Shown one piece after another: positions 9,101-15,632 of a stretch of DNA of 32,000 bases (its first letter is position 1; the number at the start of each line of letters is the position of its first letter). Source of the DNA: Acaryochloris marina S15 (lineage in GTDB: Bacteria > Cyanobacteriota > Cyanobacteriia > Thermosynechococcales > Thermosynechococcaceae). The notes beneath the pieces are model-generated. The model ran no database searches. It saw only the letters and a list, made by a program, of their open reading frames with translations, and had not been told where the DNA came from. A program made the position numbers and the translations under genes. Where the stretch lies: contig NZ_CP064923.1 in assembly GCF_018336915.1 (NCBI RefSeq), positions 1,380,001 to 1,412,000 on the forward strand, read 5' to 3'.

Positions 9101-10784
9101 GGAATTGGTTGACCTGGCGGGCCGCTTCTAGGCCCTTCAAAATGGCTTCTATCGGTTGATGGCTAAAAAATCGAGCCTGGGAGAGGTTGGTCTTGGCCAC
9201 CACCGTTTGGATTCGCGCTTCTCGCCTACTCTTTTCCGCCCGTTGCCGCTGCACCGCTTCGCCCTGCCGGGCTCTGACTGCCGCAATTCGCTGTTGCTCA
9301 GCTTCCTGACGTTTGGTTTCCGCCAGCCGCTTTTGCCGGGCCTCTTCCTGGCGAGCCACAACCGCCTCTTGCCGCTTTTGTTCAGCAATTTGACGCTGCT
9401 GAGCTTCTTGCCGTTGGGCTGTTTCCGCCACTCGCCTGGCAATATTTGCCTGCACCCGCCGAAGATCAGCCTCCTGTCGTGCCCTATCGGCTGCTTGGCG
9501 TTCAAGGACTGCCTTCTTTCGTTCTGTATCAGCAACATCTCGCTGCTTCACCGCGTCCTGTCTGGCGGCTTCGGCTGCCTGATATTGGATCCAGATAAAG
9601 AAAGCTGAAGGAGCCGGAGCCATTAAAAAAGTGATCCCTAGACCCAAGGCTACCCGCTGCAAGCGTTTTTTCCAGTTAATGGGCAAGTGTCGCTTCACCC
9701 AGGTCTGATCAAACACTCGGTGGTAGATGGGATTCCGCACCTGTAGGTGCCCCTCGTCCTGGCGCACCACCCCCGACAACCGTAGATGGGACTGCACCAG
9801 GGACTGCTCCTCCACCGCTACCGGGTGCTGCTGCCGCCACACCTGCCGATAGGTCGTCAACCCCGCTGCCAAATCTGGCGACCGCTTTGTCAACATATCC
9901 CGGACAAACTGCAAATTGCTATCCTGCTGGCTCTCTTGCCCAAAAAAAGTGCGGTCCACCACCGCCGCCACCGCATCCTCAGACCAGTCCTGCGACTCCG
10001 ACTGCACCAAGGCTTGACATAATCGCTGGGTCAGATAGGGATGTCCCTCCGTCCACTCCAAGACCCAGCCCAGCACCTCGCGACTGGGCTGTTCCGCCAA
10101 CCCCAATCCCGCCATTAGGGGCATTGCTTCATCTAAAGAGAAGTCAGCTAAATCCACTCGCTGGCCGACATTAAAGGGAGTTCGGGTCGGATCTTGAATC
10201 AGATCGCTAGGCGTGGCGACCCCCAACAATACAAAGGAAAGCCGCCCCAGTTCAGGTTGGGTGGCCCGCGCCAAATAGAGGTAGCGAATAGCGGCAAAGA
10301 AATCATCCGTAAAGTTCAGCCTTAACGTCGAGTCAATCTCATCTACAAAAAAGACGACCGGCTCCTCCAGCTCCGACAGCACCACCTCTTGGAAAAAGCG
10401 CGTTAGCCGCTGGGTATCCCCCAGCTCCGACTGGCGCTGCCACCAGGCAATAACATCCGTATCGAGATCCAGTTCATCTTCAATAGTGGTCAAAATGCCC
10501 AGATACCATTTATCTGCCGAGACCTTAGTCCCCAACTGCTGCAAATCAATAATGACCGAGCGAATCCCCTCTGCTTCTAACTGCTTTGCAGTCTTGATCA
10601 TCAGGCTGGACTTGCCCATTTGCCGAGGGGTCAACACATAGGTAAAAATCCGATCCCGACAGAGAACCAAAAGTTCCTGATCCGCTTGGCGAGAGAGGTA
10701 AATCCCTTCTCCTGCCTGAACGGTTCCACCCACAACAAAGGGAGTCTGCTCAGCCACGAAGATGCTCCTGAAAATACTCCGCAT
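6171..10784 (-). CDS. STAND-type P-loop NTPase (AAA-like) - hydrophobic segment - charged helix - 22x WD40 repeat protein
   Basis: The long ORF is open to 10865 in the track. I prefer ATG 10784 (alternative GTG 10757), because upstream residues overlap the preceding gene and the conserved module starts at FVVGGT. Motifs: Walker A TPRQMGKSS, Walker B VVFFVDEID, TPFNVGQ, GHPYL. Then VALGLGITFLMAPAPSAFFIWIQY, an R/E/Q/A-rich ~135 aa stretch, 22 GH...WD units, and a tail NLNFDRLMDLGCDLLDDYLRTN that I recall as typical of cyanobacterial WD40 proteins (from memory). Confidence 0.9.
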   Translation of the reverse strand: MRSIFRSIFVAEQTPFVVGGTVQAGEGIYLSRQADQELLVLCRDRIFTYVLTPRQMGKSSLMIKTAKQLEAEGIRSVIIDLQQLGTKVSADKWYLGILTTIEDELDLDTDVIAWWQRQSELGDTQRLTRFFQEVVLSELEEPVVFFVDEIDSTLRLNFTDDFFAAIRYLYLARATQPELGRLSFVLLGVATPSDLIQDPTRTPFNVGQRVDLADFSLDEAMPLMAGLGLAEQPSREVLGWVLEWTEGHPYLTQRLCQALVQSESQDWSEDAVAAVVDRTFFGQESQQDSNLQFVRDMLTKRSPDLAAGLTTYRQVWRQQHPVAVEEQSLVQSHLRLSGVVRQDEGHLQVRNPIYHRVFDQTWVKRHLPINWKKRLQRVALGLGITFLMAPAPSAFFIWIQYQAAEAARQDAVKQRDVADTERKKAVLERQAADRARQEADLRRVQANIARRVAETAQRQEAQQRQIAEQKRQEAVVARQEEARQKRLAETKRQEAEQQRIAAVRARQGEAVQRQRAEKSRREARIQTVVAKTNLSQARFFSHQPIEAILKGLEAARQVNQFQLVGQGKADVVAAMAQTLYHTKEYNRLQGHTDWVLGVSFSPDGQTIASTSSDSTVKLWGRDGQPKATLEGHNGRVLGVSFSPDGQTIASTSSDSTVKLWGRDGQLKATLEGHTDWVNGVSFSPDGQTIASASSDSTVKLWGRDGQLKATLKGHSGRVLGVSFSPDGQTIASASSDSTVKLWGRDGQLKATLKGHSGRVLGVSFSPDGQTIASASSDSTVKLWGRDGQLKATLEGHTDWVNSVSFSPDGQTIASASSDRTVKLWSRDGQLKATLEGHTDWVNGVSFSPDGQTIASASSDRMVKLWSLKNWLSPLVFPTSENAQVGYQGWIYQVRFSRNKTMASVSSDHTIKLWQPTTPFPLQTPGIPGHSSSVNGVSFSPDGQTIASASDDRTVKLWGRDGQLKATLEGHSGRVLGVSFSPDGQTIASASDDRTVKLWGRDGQLKATLEGHSGRVLGVSFSPDGQTIASASDDRTVKLWGRDGQLKATLEGHSGRVLGVSFSPDGQTITSVSDDRTVKLWGRDGQLKATLEGHTDWVNGVSFSPDGQTIASASSDSTVKLWGRDGQLKATLEGHSGRVWSVSFSPDGQTIASASDDRTVKLWGRDGQLKATLEGHSGRVLGVSFSPDGQTIASASDDSTVKLWGRDGQLKATLEGHTDWVNGVSFSPDGQTIASVSDDRTVKLWGRDGQLKATLEGHSGRVLGVSFSPDGQTIASVSDDRTVKLWGQDGQLKATLEGHSDRVLGVSFSPDGQTIASASDDRTVKLWGRDGQLKATLEGHSGRVWSVSFSPDGQTIASASDDRTVKLWGRDGQLKATLEGHSGRVWSVSFSPDGQTIASASDDRTVKLWGQDGQLKATLEGHSGRVWSVSFSPDGQTIASASDDRTVKLWGWDGQLKATLEGHSGRVGGVSFSPDGQTIASASDDRTVRVWNLNFDRLMDLGCDLLDDYLRTNSTVKDQDRKLCGIIKAAPPEVSAKK
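6282..9017 (-). repeat. in-frame tandem array of 123-bp (41-codon) WD40 units: 7 near-identical + 1 degenerate + 14 near-identical
   Basis: Period 123 bp, measured directly (for example cggtcatcac at 6331 and 6454). Units share long identical runs such as ggcggaggcgatggtctgaccatccgggctgaaactgacgc. The degenerate unit spans about 8004-8156. Confidence 0.95.
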
Positions 10785-12276
10785 ACAGTCGACACCGAGG
10801 CAACACCTGCTGCCCCTCCCGCCGAACCAGCCCCGCCCCTCTAAGCTTAAAAAATAAATGTTCATCCGAGCAGGTCTGCTTCTGAATCACCTGGATCAGT
10901 CCAGCTCTTAAAGGCGTTTGGTCATACATCCGAAACAGGTGATAGCGCAAATGGTCGCCAAACGGTCCCCGATCCTCAATCGCCTCAGCCAACAACTGCT
11001 TCAGGGTATATTCTTCAGTTGCCAACAGATACAAGGCCCGTCGGATCAAATAGGGGTGGCCTTGCAACCAGTCCATTAGCTGGGTTAGCTCTTTTTTGTT
11101 GCAAGGTTGGCCATGACGCTGGTTGAGGTCGGCTACCTGCTCTGCCGTAAAATCCGTCAGCTCTAAGACCTGCCCCACATTAAAGGGAGACTGGGTTAAA
11201 TCGGCAATCAGTTGATAGGGTTCCGTCGACGTGACCAGAGCCAGGTCGAGCTTTTTCCAAACCTTCTTGCGAGCGCGGTTATTGTGCCAGCTACGCAGCA
11301 TACCAAAAAAGTCCGACCGAAACTCCGTACCAAAGATCGCATCCACTTCGTCCATGGCTATCACCACAGCAGTATCCAGCTCTTTGAGTAAATATTTAGC
11401 CAAATATCGGGTACAGCACCTGCCAGGGCTCAGGGCCTCATTCCAATAGTCGGCCACCCGATCCTCTAGCTCTAACTCATCCGTTAGCGCCGAGCAAAAA
11501 CCTTTAAAAAAGCCATCAGCACTAGCAAAATTGGTCTGGTCAAAGAGCTGGAAATCTAAAAAAGCAACGACTTTGTCCGCCTCAGTCGCTGCATTCATGA
11601 CTTGAATCAATAACGAACTTTTGCCCATCTGGCGCGGGCCTTTAATCGTGACGGTCACCCCGTCCCGTTGAATCGCCGATAAGGCCAACTGATCCGTTGG
11701 CCGCTGGATATATAAAGCCGAGTCAGGATCCATGGTTCCTTCCGGCAAATCTAGACTTTGGGGCTGGGCCGCATAGTTGGGGGGCGGTACCTTCATTTTC
11801 CCCTCAGGTTGACCAGGGTTGACCGTCTGCTCTGCAGCCGTGGGACTCAAACCATTCCCCGTCACCGCCTGCTGTAGCTCCTCAATCAGCGTTGGGGTGT
11901 CTTTTAAGCCTTTCCAAACAGCCCAGTTTATGCCATTTAAATAAGCACTCAGGGGATACTTAAATGGTTCAGAATAATCGATGCGTACGGGCAGAATAAC
12001 GGGTCGCCCCTGTTGCTCCTTGGCCAAATGGTGGGCCATTTCCAGTTCACCCTTCACCATTTCACTCTGGACAGAGCTGGTCGACAAAAACACAATCAAA
12101 AAATCGGTGCGCCGCAGCTCTTTCTCGATCCGTTCAGCCCAATGGGTCCCTACCCCCATCCGTTTTTGATCGATAAAGACATCATGTTGAATTTTTAGGG
12201 CCTGATATAAGGCTAGAGCCACGGGTTCATCTGGCTCAACATCTCGCTTATAGCTGATAAAAACCCTTGCACACAT
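10750..12276 (-). CDS. TIR-domain protein fused to a STAND-type P-loop NTPase (AAA-like), with no repeat/sensor domain
   Basis: 508-aa ORF. N-terminus MCARVFISYKRD...DVFIDQ...DFLIVFLSTSSVQSEMVKGELEMA is TIR-like (candidate catalytic Glu77). Then Walker A GPRQMGKSS (nt 11614-11640), Walker B VVIAMDEVD, SPFNVGQ and GHPYLIRRALY. The motif order is paralogous to the N-terminus of the downstream WD40 gene. Confidence 0.85.
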   Translation of the reverse strand: MCARVFISYKRDVEPDEPVALALYQALKIQHDVFIDQKRMGVGTHWAERIEKELRRTDFLIVFLSTSSVQSEMVKGELEMAHHLAKEQQGRPVILPVRIDYSEPFKYPLSAYLNGINWAVWKGLKDTPTLIEELQQAVTGNGLSPTAAEQTVNPGQPEGKMKVPPPNYAAQPQSLDLPEGTMDPDSALYIQRPTDQLALSAIQRDGVTVTIKGPRQMGKSSLLIQVMNAATEADKVVAFLDFQLFDQTNFASADGFFKGFCSALTDELELEDRVADYWNEALSPGRCCTRYLAKYLLKELDTAVVIAMDEVDAIFGTEFRSDFFGMLRSWHNNRARKKVWKKLDLALVTSTEPYQLIADLTQSPFNVGQVLELTDFTAEQVADLNQRHGQPCNKKELTQLMDWLQGHPYLIRRALYLLATEEYTLKQLLAEAIEDRGPFGDHLRYHLFRMYDQTPLRAGLIQVIQKQTCSDEHLFFKLRGAGLVRREGQQVLPRCRLYAEYFQEHLRG

Positions 12277-12747
12277 TACCGGACAAACCTAGAAAAAACT
12301 GAGGACAGTGTTACGACGCGCCTGCAAATATTTAGCCAGAAAGTATAGATAACCTATCCAATATTTATCAGATGTTGTGCCCATAATTACGAGAAAAATT
12401 CCATAAAATCTTAAATTCTACCTAAACTTCTGCTTCATGTTCCCATTACTTTTATCCCACCCCTTACTCCCTTTCCAAGTCATATGATTTAACGCAAAGG
12501 TCAATAGAATTACCTTCCAGTAAAGGCGATTAAACCGATGCATTACCCTCGATATGCCCGCATCGAACCTCTACCAGCAGGCTTTTTTATCCAGAAGTAT
12601 ATATGGAGAACCCGTTCCTAAATCAGGTGCTGCATTCCAAAGCGGGGTAGCGTATCGAAAGCGGAAAGATATTCTCTGGACTTAGTTTGGCTCTATCGTA
12701 GAAACAGATATCGTACCGAACCTGATCAAGACTTTGTCAGAACAAGC

Positions 12748-13170
12748 GTGACTTCCATTCAGATTGCAACAACGGATGACCAGATTCGGGCCTGTTACCC
12801 GGTGATGGTGCAGTTAAGAGCGCACCTAACACTCCTCGACTTTGTTACTCAAGTCCAAAGCCAGATGCAGGCCGGGTACCAATTGGCCTATGCATCCAAT
12901 TCAGAGTGTGTCTGTTCTGTTGCTGGGGTTCGAATTAGCGAAAGCCTAGCTTGGGGCCGATTTTTGTATGTGGATGATTTGATCACCGATGCACAGATGC
13001 GATCGCAAAACTACGGACACCAACTGTTAGATTGGCTCATCCAGTATGCTCGTCAGCAAGACTGTGCTCAATTGCATTTAGATTCTGGGTTGCAACGTTT
13101 GGATGCCCATCGGTTTTACCAGCGGGAAGGCCTGCAAATCAGCAGCTATCATTTTGCCCTCAAGCTCTAA
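12748..13170 (+). CDS. GNAT family acetyltransferase
   Basis: 140-aa ORF with a GTG start. LYVDDLITDAQMRSQNYGHQLLDWLIQYARQQDCAQLHLDSG...AHRFYQREG matches the GNAT acetyl-CoA-binding core (Q/RxxGxG/A-like followed by a helix). Confidence 0.75.
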   Translation: MTSIQIATTDDQIRACYPVMVQLRAHLTLLDFVTQVQSQMQAGYQLAYASNSECVCSVAGVRISESLAWGRFLYVDDLITDAQMRSQNYGHQLLDWLIQYARQQDCAQLHLDSGLQRLDAHRFYQREGLQISSYHFALKL

Positions 13171-13181
13171 AGGAGACTGTC

Positions 13182-13547
13182 ATGCCGACTTTTATAGACC
13201 AGCCTACGATCATCACTGCTGCTGGGAATAAACCCAAACGGATTGAAGAATTTTGTGGACGAGTGAATTCCAAGCATGACCATATTAGCGTCGCCCGCAT
13301 GGTATCTCCCGCAGGCTGGCAAGAACCCGGACAAAAACCCGAATTCCAGGAAATGACCGTTGTCTTGCAAGGATTATTGCGAGTTGAATATGAAGGGGGC
13401 GTATTGGAGGTGAACGCAGGCCAAGCCATTGTTACAGAACCCGGAGAATGGATTCGATACAGTACACCCAATGGCGCCGAATATATTGCAGTCTGCTTAC
13501 CTGCCTTTTCGCCCGAGACCGTTCATCGGGACGCTGATGACATCTAA
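13182..13547 (+). CDS. cupin domain protein
   Basis: ATG at 13182 with AGGAG at 13171-13175, 12 nt after the GNAT stop; the track ORF from 13032 is an upstream read-through artefact. The 121-aa product has a cupin-like core EMTVVLQGLLRVEYEGGVLEVNAGQAIVTEPGEWIRY. Confidence 0.7.
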   Translation: MPTFIDQPTIITAAGNKPKRIEEFCGRVNSKHDHISVARMVSPAGWQEPGQKPEFQEMTVVLQGLLRVEYEGGVLEVNAGQAIVTEPGEWIRYSTPNGAEYIAVCLPAFSPETVHRDADDI

Positions 13548-13586
13548 ACGTTGCTATTGCTCAAGGTCACTGGGCCAAAGGTGGCG

Positions 13587-15260
13587 TTACTCAATTCTGA
13601 CAAAACCTGCTTGTTCGATGAGCTTTTGCCCCTGTTCGCTCAACATCAAGTCTGTATAGGCTTCTCCAATCAACTGTTCCCGGTCTTTATTCTCTTTGAC
13701 GATGACGTAGAGGGGGCGGGTAATGGGATAGCTACCATCTCGGAAGGCAGCTAAGTTAGGCTGATTACGAGCGGGGGGACAATTTTGGGTTGGCTTTCCC
13801 TGTTGGGGTGGTATCCGCTGATCTTGACTGAGACCTAAGGGAATGGGTTTGCCAATACATTGATAGAGCACTTCAGCTGCTGAAGCGTAGTAAATACCGC
13901 CAGTGGCACGGTTTAATTGGCGCAAGGCATCTGTGGTGGAGTAGATGGGGACAACGCTAGAACTAAAGGGTTCATTCTGCAGCACATACTCTTGAAAATA
14001 ATCAGCGGTGCCGGAATCTCCAGATTGGCGAGAAAAAGGAATAATATCTTGATCGGGGCCACCTAGCTGATTCCAATTGTTGATATTGCCTAGATAGATG
14101 TCTCGCAGTTGGGCAACCGTTAACCCTGGCACATTTAAGGAGGGGTGAACGACGACTGCGATACCATCCAAGCCGATAGCATGTTGGGTAACTTTGAAGC
14201 CTCTTTTGATGGCGATCGCATATTCTTCGTCATTGAGCGGTCGGGTGGATTGGGTAAAGTCAATTTTGCCATCCAAGAGCATTTTGATGCCTTGACCCGA
14301 ACCAGGCGTGCCCTTGACCGTTTCTACATAGCGTAATTGAAGGTTGGGATACACCTCTGCGATCGCATCTTCAACTTCGGGACGTATCAATGCCCAAGTG
14401 GCGCTACCACCATAGTTATAAAGCCCTTCTGGAACATCTGGCACCTCTGAAAAAGTGGGTGTGAGTGCCAAAGTAGCAGCGCCCTGACCGGGGCTGAGCT
14501 GGAGTTGGTTCGGCGACCGTAACCATCCCCAAAACCCTGCAATTAAGAGGAGCAACGTCACTAAGGATGCTTTGAGATAGAACTTGCTCAGCTTGGATTT
14601 CTGGATAGATGGGGGTTGAACGGGGGCAGGAGGCTCTTCGGGGCTCGACAACCGCTGCACGGAATAGGCCCGCTCTGGCAGGATGATGGTGGAGGTTTGA
14701 GGGTTTTCGTCTAAGTCTATGGGACAGCTTTGTCTAGATGTCGAAAACGCCATTTCTGTGGGTGTGGGTAATTTATGGGCCGGAACGGCACCATGGCGAT
14801 AGAAGGTCATCAGATCGTCGATCAGATCCTGTTCTTCCAGGGGATGATATCTCAATATCTCCAGGATTCGTCTGACCCGACCAATGGCCGTAGGCAAAAT
14901 ATTATCTTGCTGAAATCCAGGGAATAAATCTTCAGCGCCCTGTTCTAGAGCTAATCGCCGCTCAGTGGACAGGACTTTTTGGCGTAACCCTGCTGTCAGG
15001 ATCAGCTTGAGATCGGGGTAATTGTCGTGATACCACCGACAAACATCAAAGGCATTCAGTTGCTGAGCCCCTAAGTCCACTAACAGCAAGCCAATATTGG
15101 CCCGTTCAATGGCATCTCGTTGGCCTGCTAGTTGCGAAAAACTGATTCCGGCAGGCTCTTCAATGACTTCGATCTGCTGGGATTGTAGGGCTGTTGTCCA
15201 TACTTGAGCCTGAAATTTTAGAGGCTGTAGGAGCAGTACAGATTTGCTGGCGCTATACAT
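13587..15260 (-). CDS. receiver-like domain - TM helix - PstS-family (PBP_like_2) phosphate-binding domain protein
   Basis: 557-aa ORF. The N-terminal ~125 aa have a CheY-like layout (VLLLQP...GLLLVDLG...KLILTAG). One hydrophobic helix, VTLLLLIAGFWGWL. The C-terminal half has GGSATWALI...GTPGSGQGIKMLLDGKIDFTQSTRPL, typical of PstS-type periplasmic binding proteins. Confidence 0.7.
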   Translation of the reverse strand: MYSASKSVLLLQPLKFQAQVWTTALQSQQIEVIEEPAGISFSQLAGQRDAIERANIGLLLVDLGAQQLNAFDVCRWYHDNYPDLKLILTAGLRQKVLSTERRLALEQGAEDLFPGFQQDNILPTAIGRVRRILEILRYHPLEEQDLIDDLMTFYRHGAVPAHKLPTPTEMAFSTSRQSCPIDLDENPQTSTIILPERAYSVQRLSSPEEPPAPVQPPSIQKSKLSKFYLKASLVTLLLLIAGFWGWLRSPNQLQLSPGQGAATLALTPTFSEVPDVPEGLYNYGGSATWALIRPEVEDAIAEVYPNLQLRYVETVKGTPGSGQGIKMLLDGKIDFTQSTRPLNDEEYAIAIKRGFKVTQHAIGLDGIAVVVHPSLNVPGLTVAQLRDIYLGNINNWNQLGGPDQDIIPFSRQSGDSGTADYFQEYVLQNEPFSSSVVPIYSTTDALRQLNRATGGIYYASAAEVLYQCIGKPIPLGLSQDQRIPPQQGKPTQNCPPARNQPNLAAFRDGSYPITRPLYVIVKENKDREQLIGEAYTDLMLSEQGQKLIEQAGFVRIE

Positions 15261-15632
15261 TAAGTTGAGCAGTGCGGGCTGCTATTGAGTAAAGACGGTA
15301 CGCTCGAATTCTGGGCAGGTTCGACATCTAGGGTTTGTGTAAACCGTAAAGCCCAAGTCTAGCCACTGTGTTATTTTATGGCAAATTTCATACGAGTGAA
15401 AGAATAAAATGACATGATTTAAGGACTTTTAAATCTAGATCACCCCCGCTACACTTGAAGCGCGGTTAACTCGAAAGAGGATTCATTTGTCCATTTCTTG
15501 CAGGAGTCGCTGGGGTGGTAGAACTTGCTCCCTAGGCCCTTACTATGATAGGTACACAGCAAGCACCCGTCTCAATTTTGATTACCTTATAAAGAAGGTG
15601 ATTGCACACCCCACCCAGGTGAGGAAGATCTG

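Noticed and set aside
9149-10174. Alternative-frame and antisense ORFs inside the WD40 gene (9149-9538 -, 9156-9608 +, 9786-10022 +, 9887-10174 +, and 10620-10844 +)
   Set aside because: They sit within the low-complexity, GC-rich helix and NTPase coding region. Their products are Pro/Arg/Leu-rich nonsense with no motifs, which is the typical shadow-ORF pattern.
10785-10865. N-terminal extension of the WD40 ORF (MNIYFLSLEGRGWFGGRGSRCCLGVDC...) given by the ORF track
   Set aside because: It lies entirely inside the 3' end of the TIR gene in another frame and has an implausible Gly/Arg/Cys-rich sequence. The conserved NTPase module starts just after the 10784 ATG and 10757 GTG candidates.
13032-13181. 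Upstream part of the 13032-13547 ORF, plus antisense ORFs 13160-13471 and 13167-13370 and downstream ORFs 13429-13659 and 13551-13754
   Set aside because: The upstream part overlaps the GNAT gene out of frame. A strong AGGAG-ATG start at 13182 gives a complete cupin. The other ORFs are antisense or overlapping shadows.
5294-13547. Cupin+GNAT on the left flank and GNAT+cupin on the right flank of the TIR/WD40 locus, considered as a possible duplicated target or att structure
   Set aside because: The two GNATs (RimJ-like 161 aa versus 140 aa) and the two cupins show no evident sequence similarity. Gene order is not mirrored in a way that suggests duplication, and I found no flanking direct repeats. 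It is probably coincidence.
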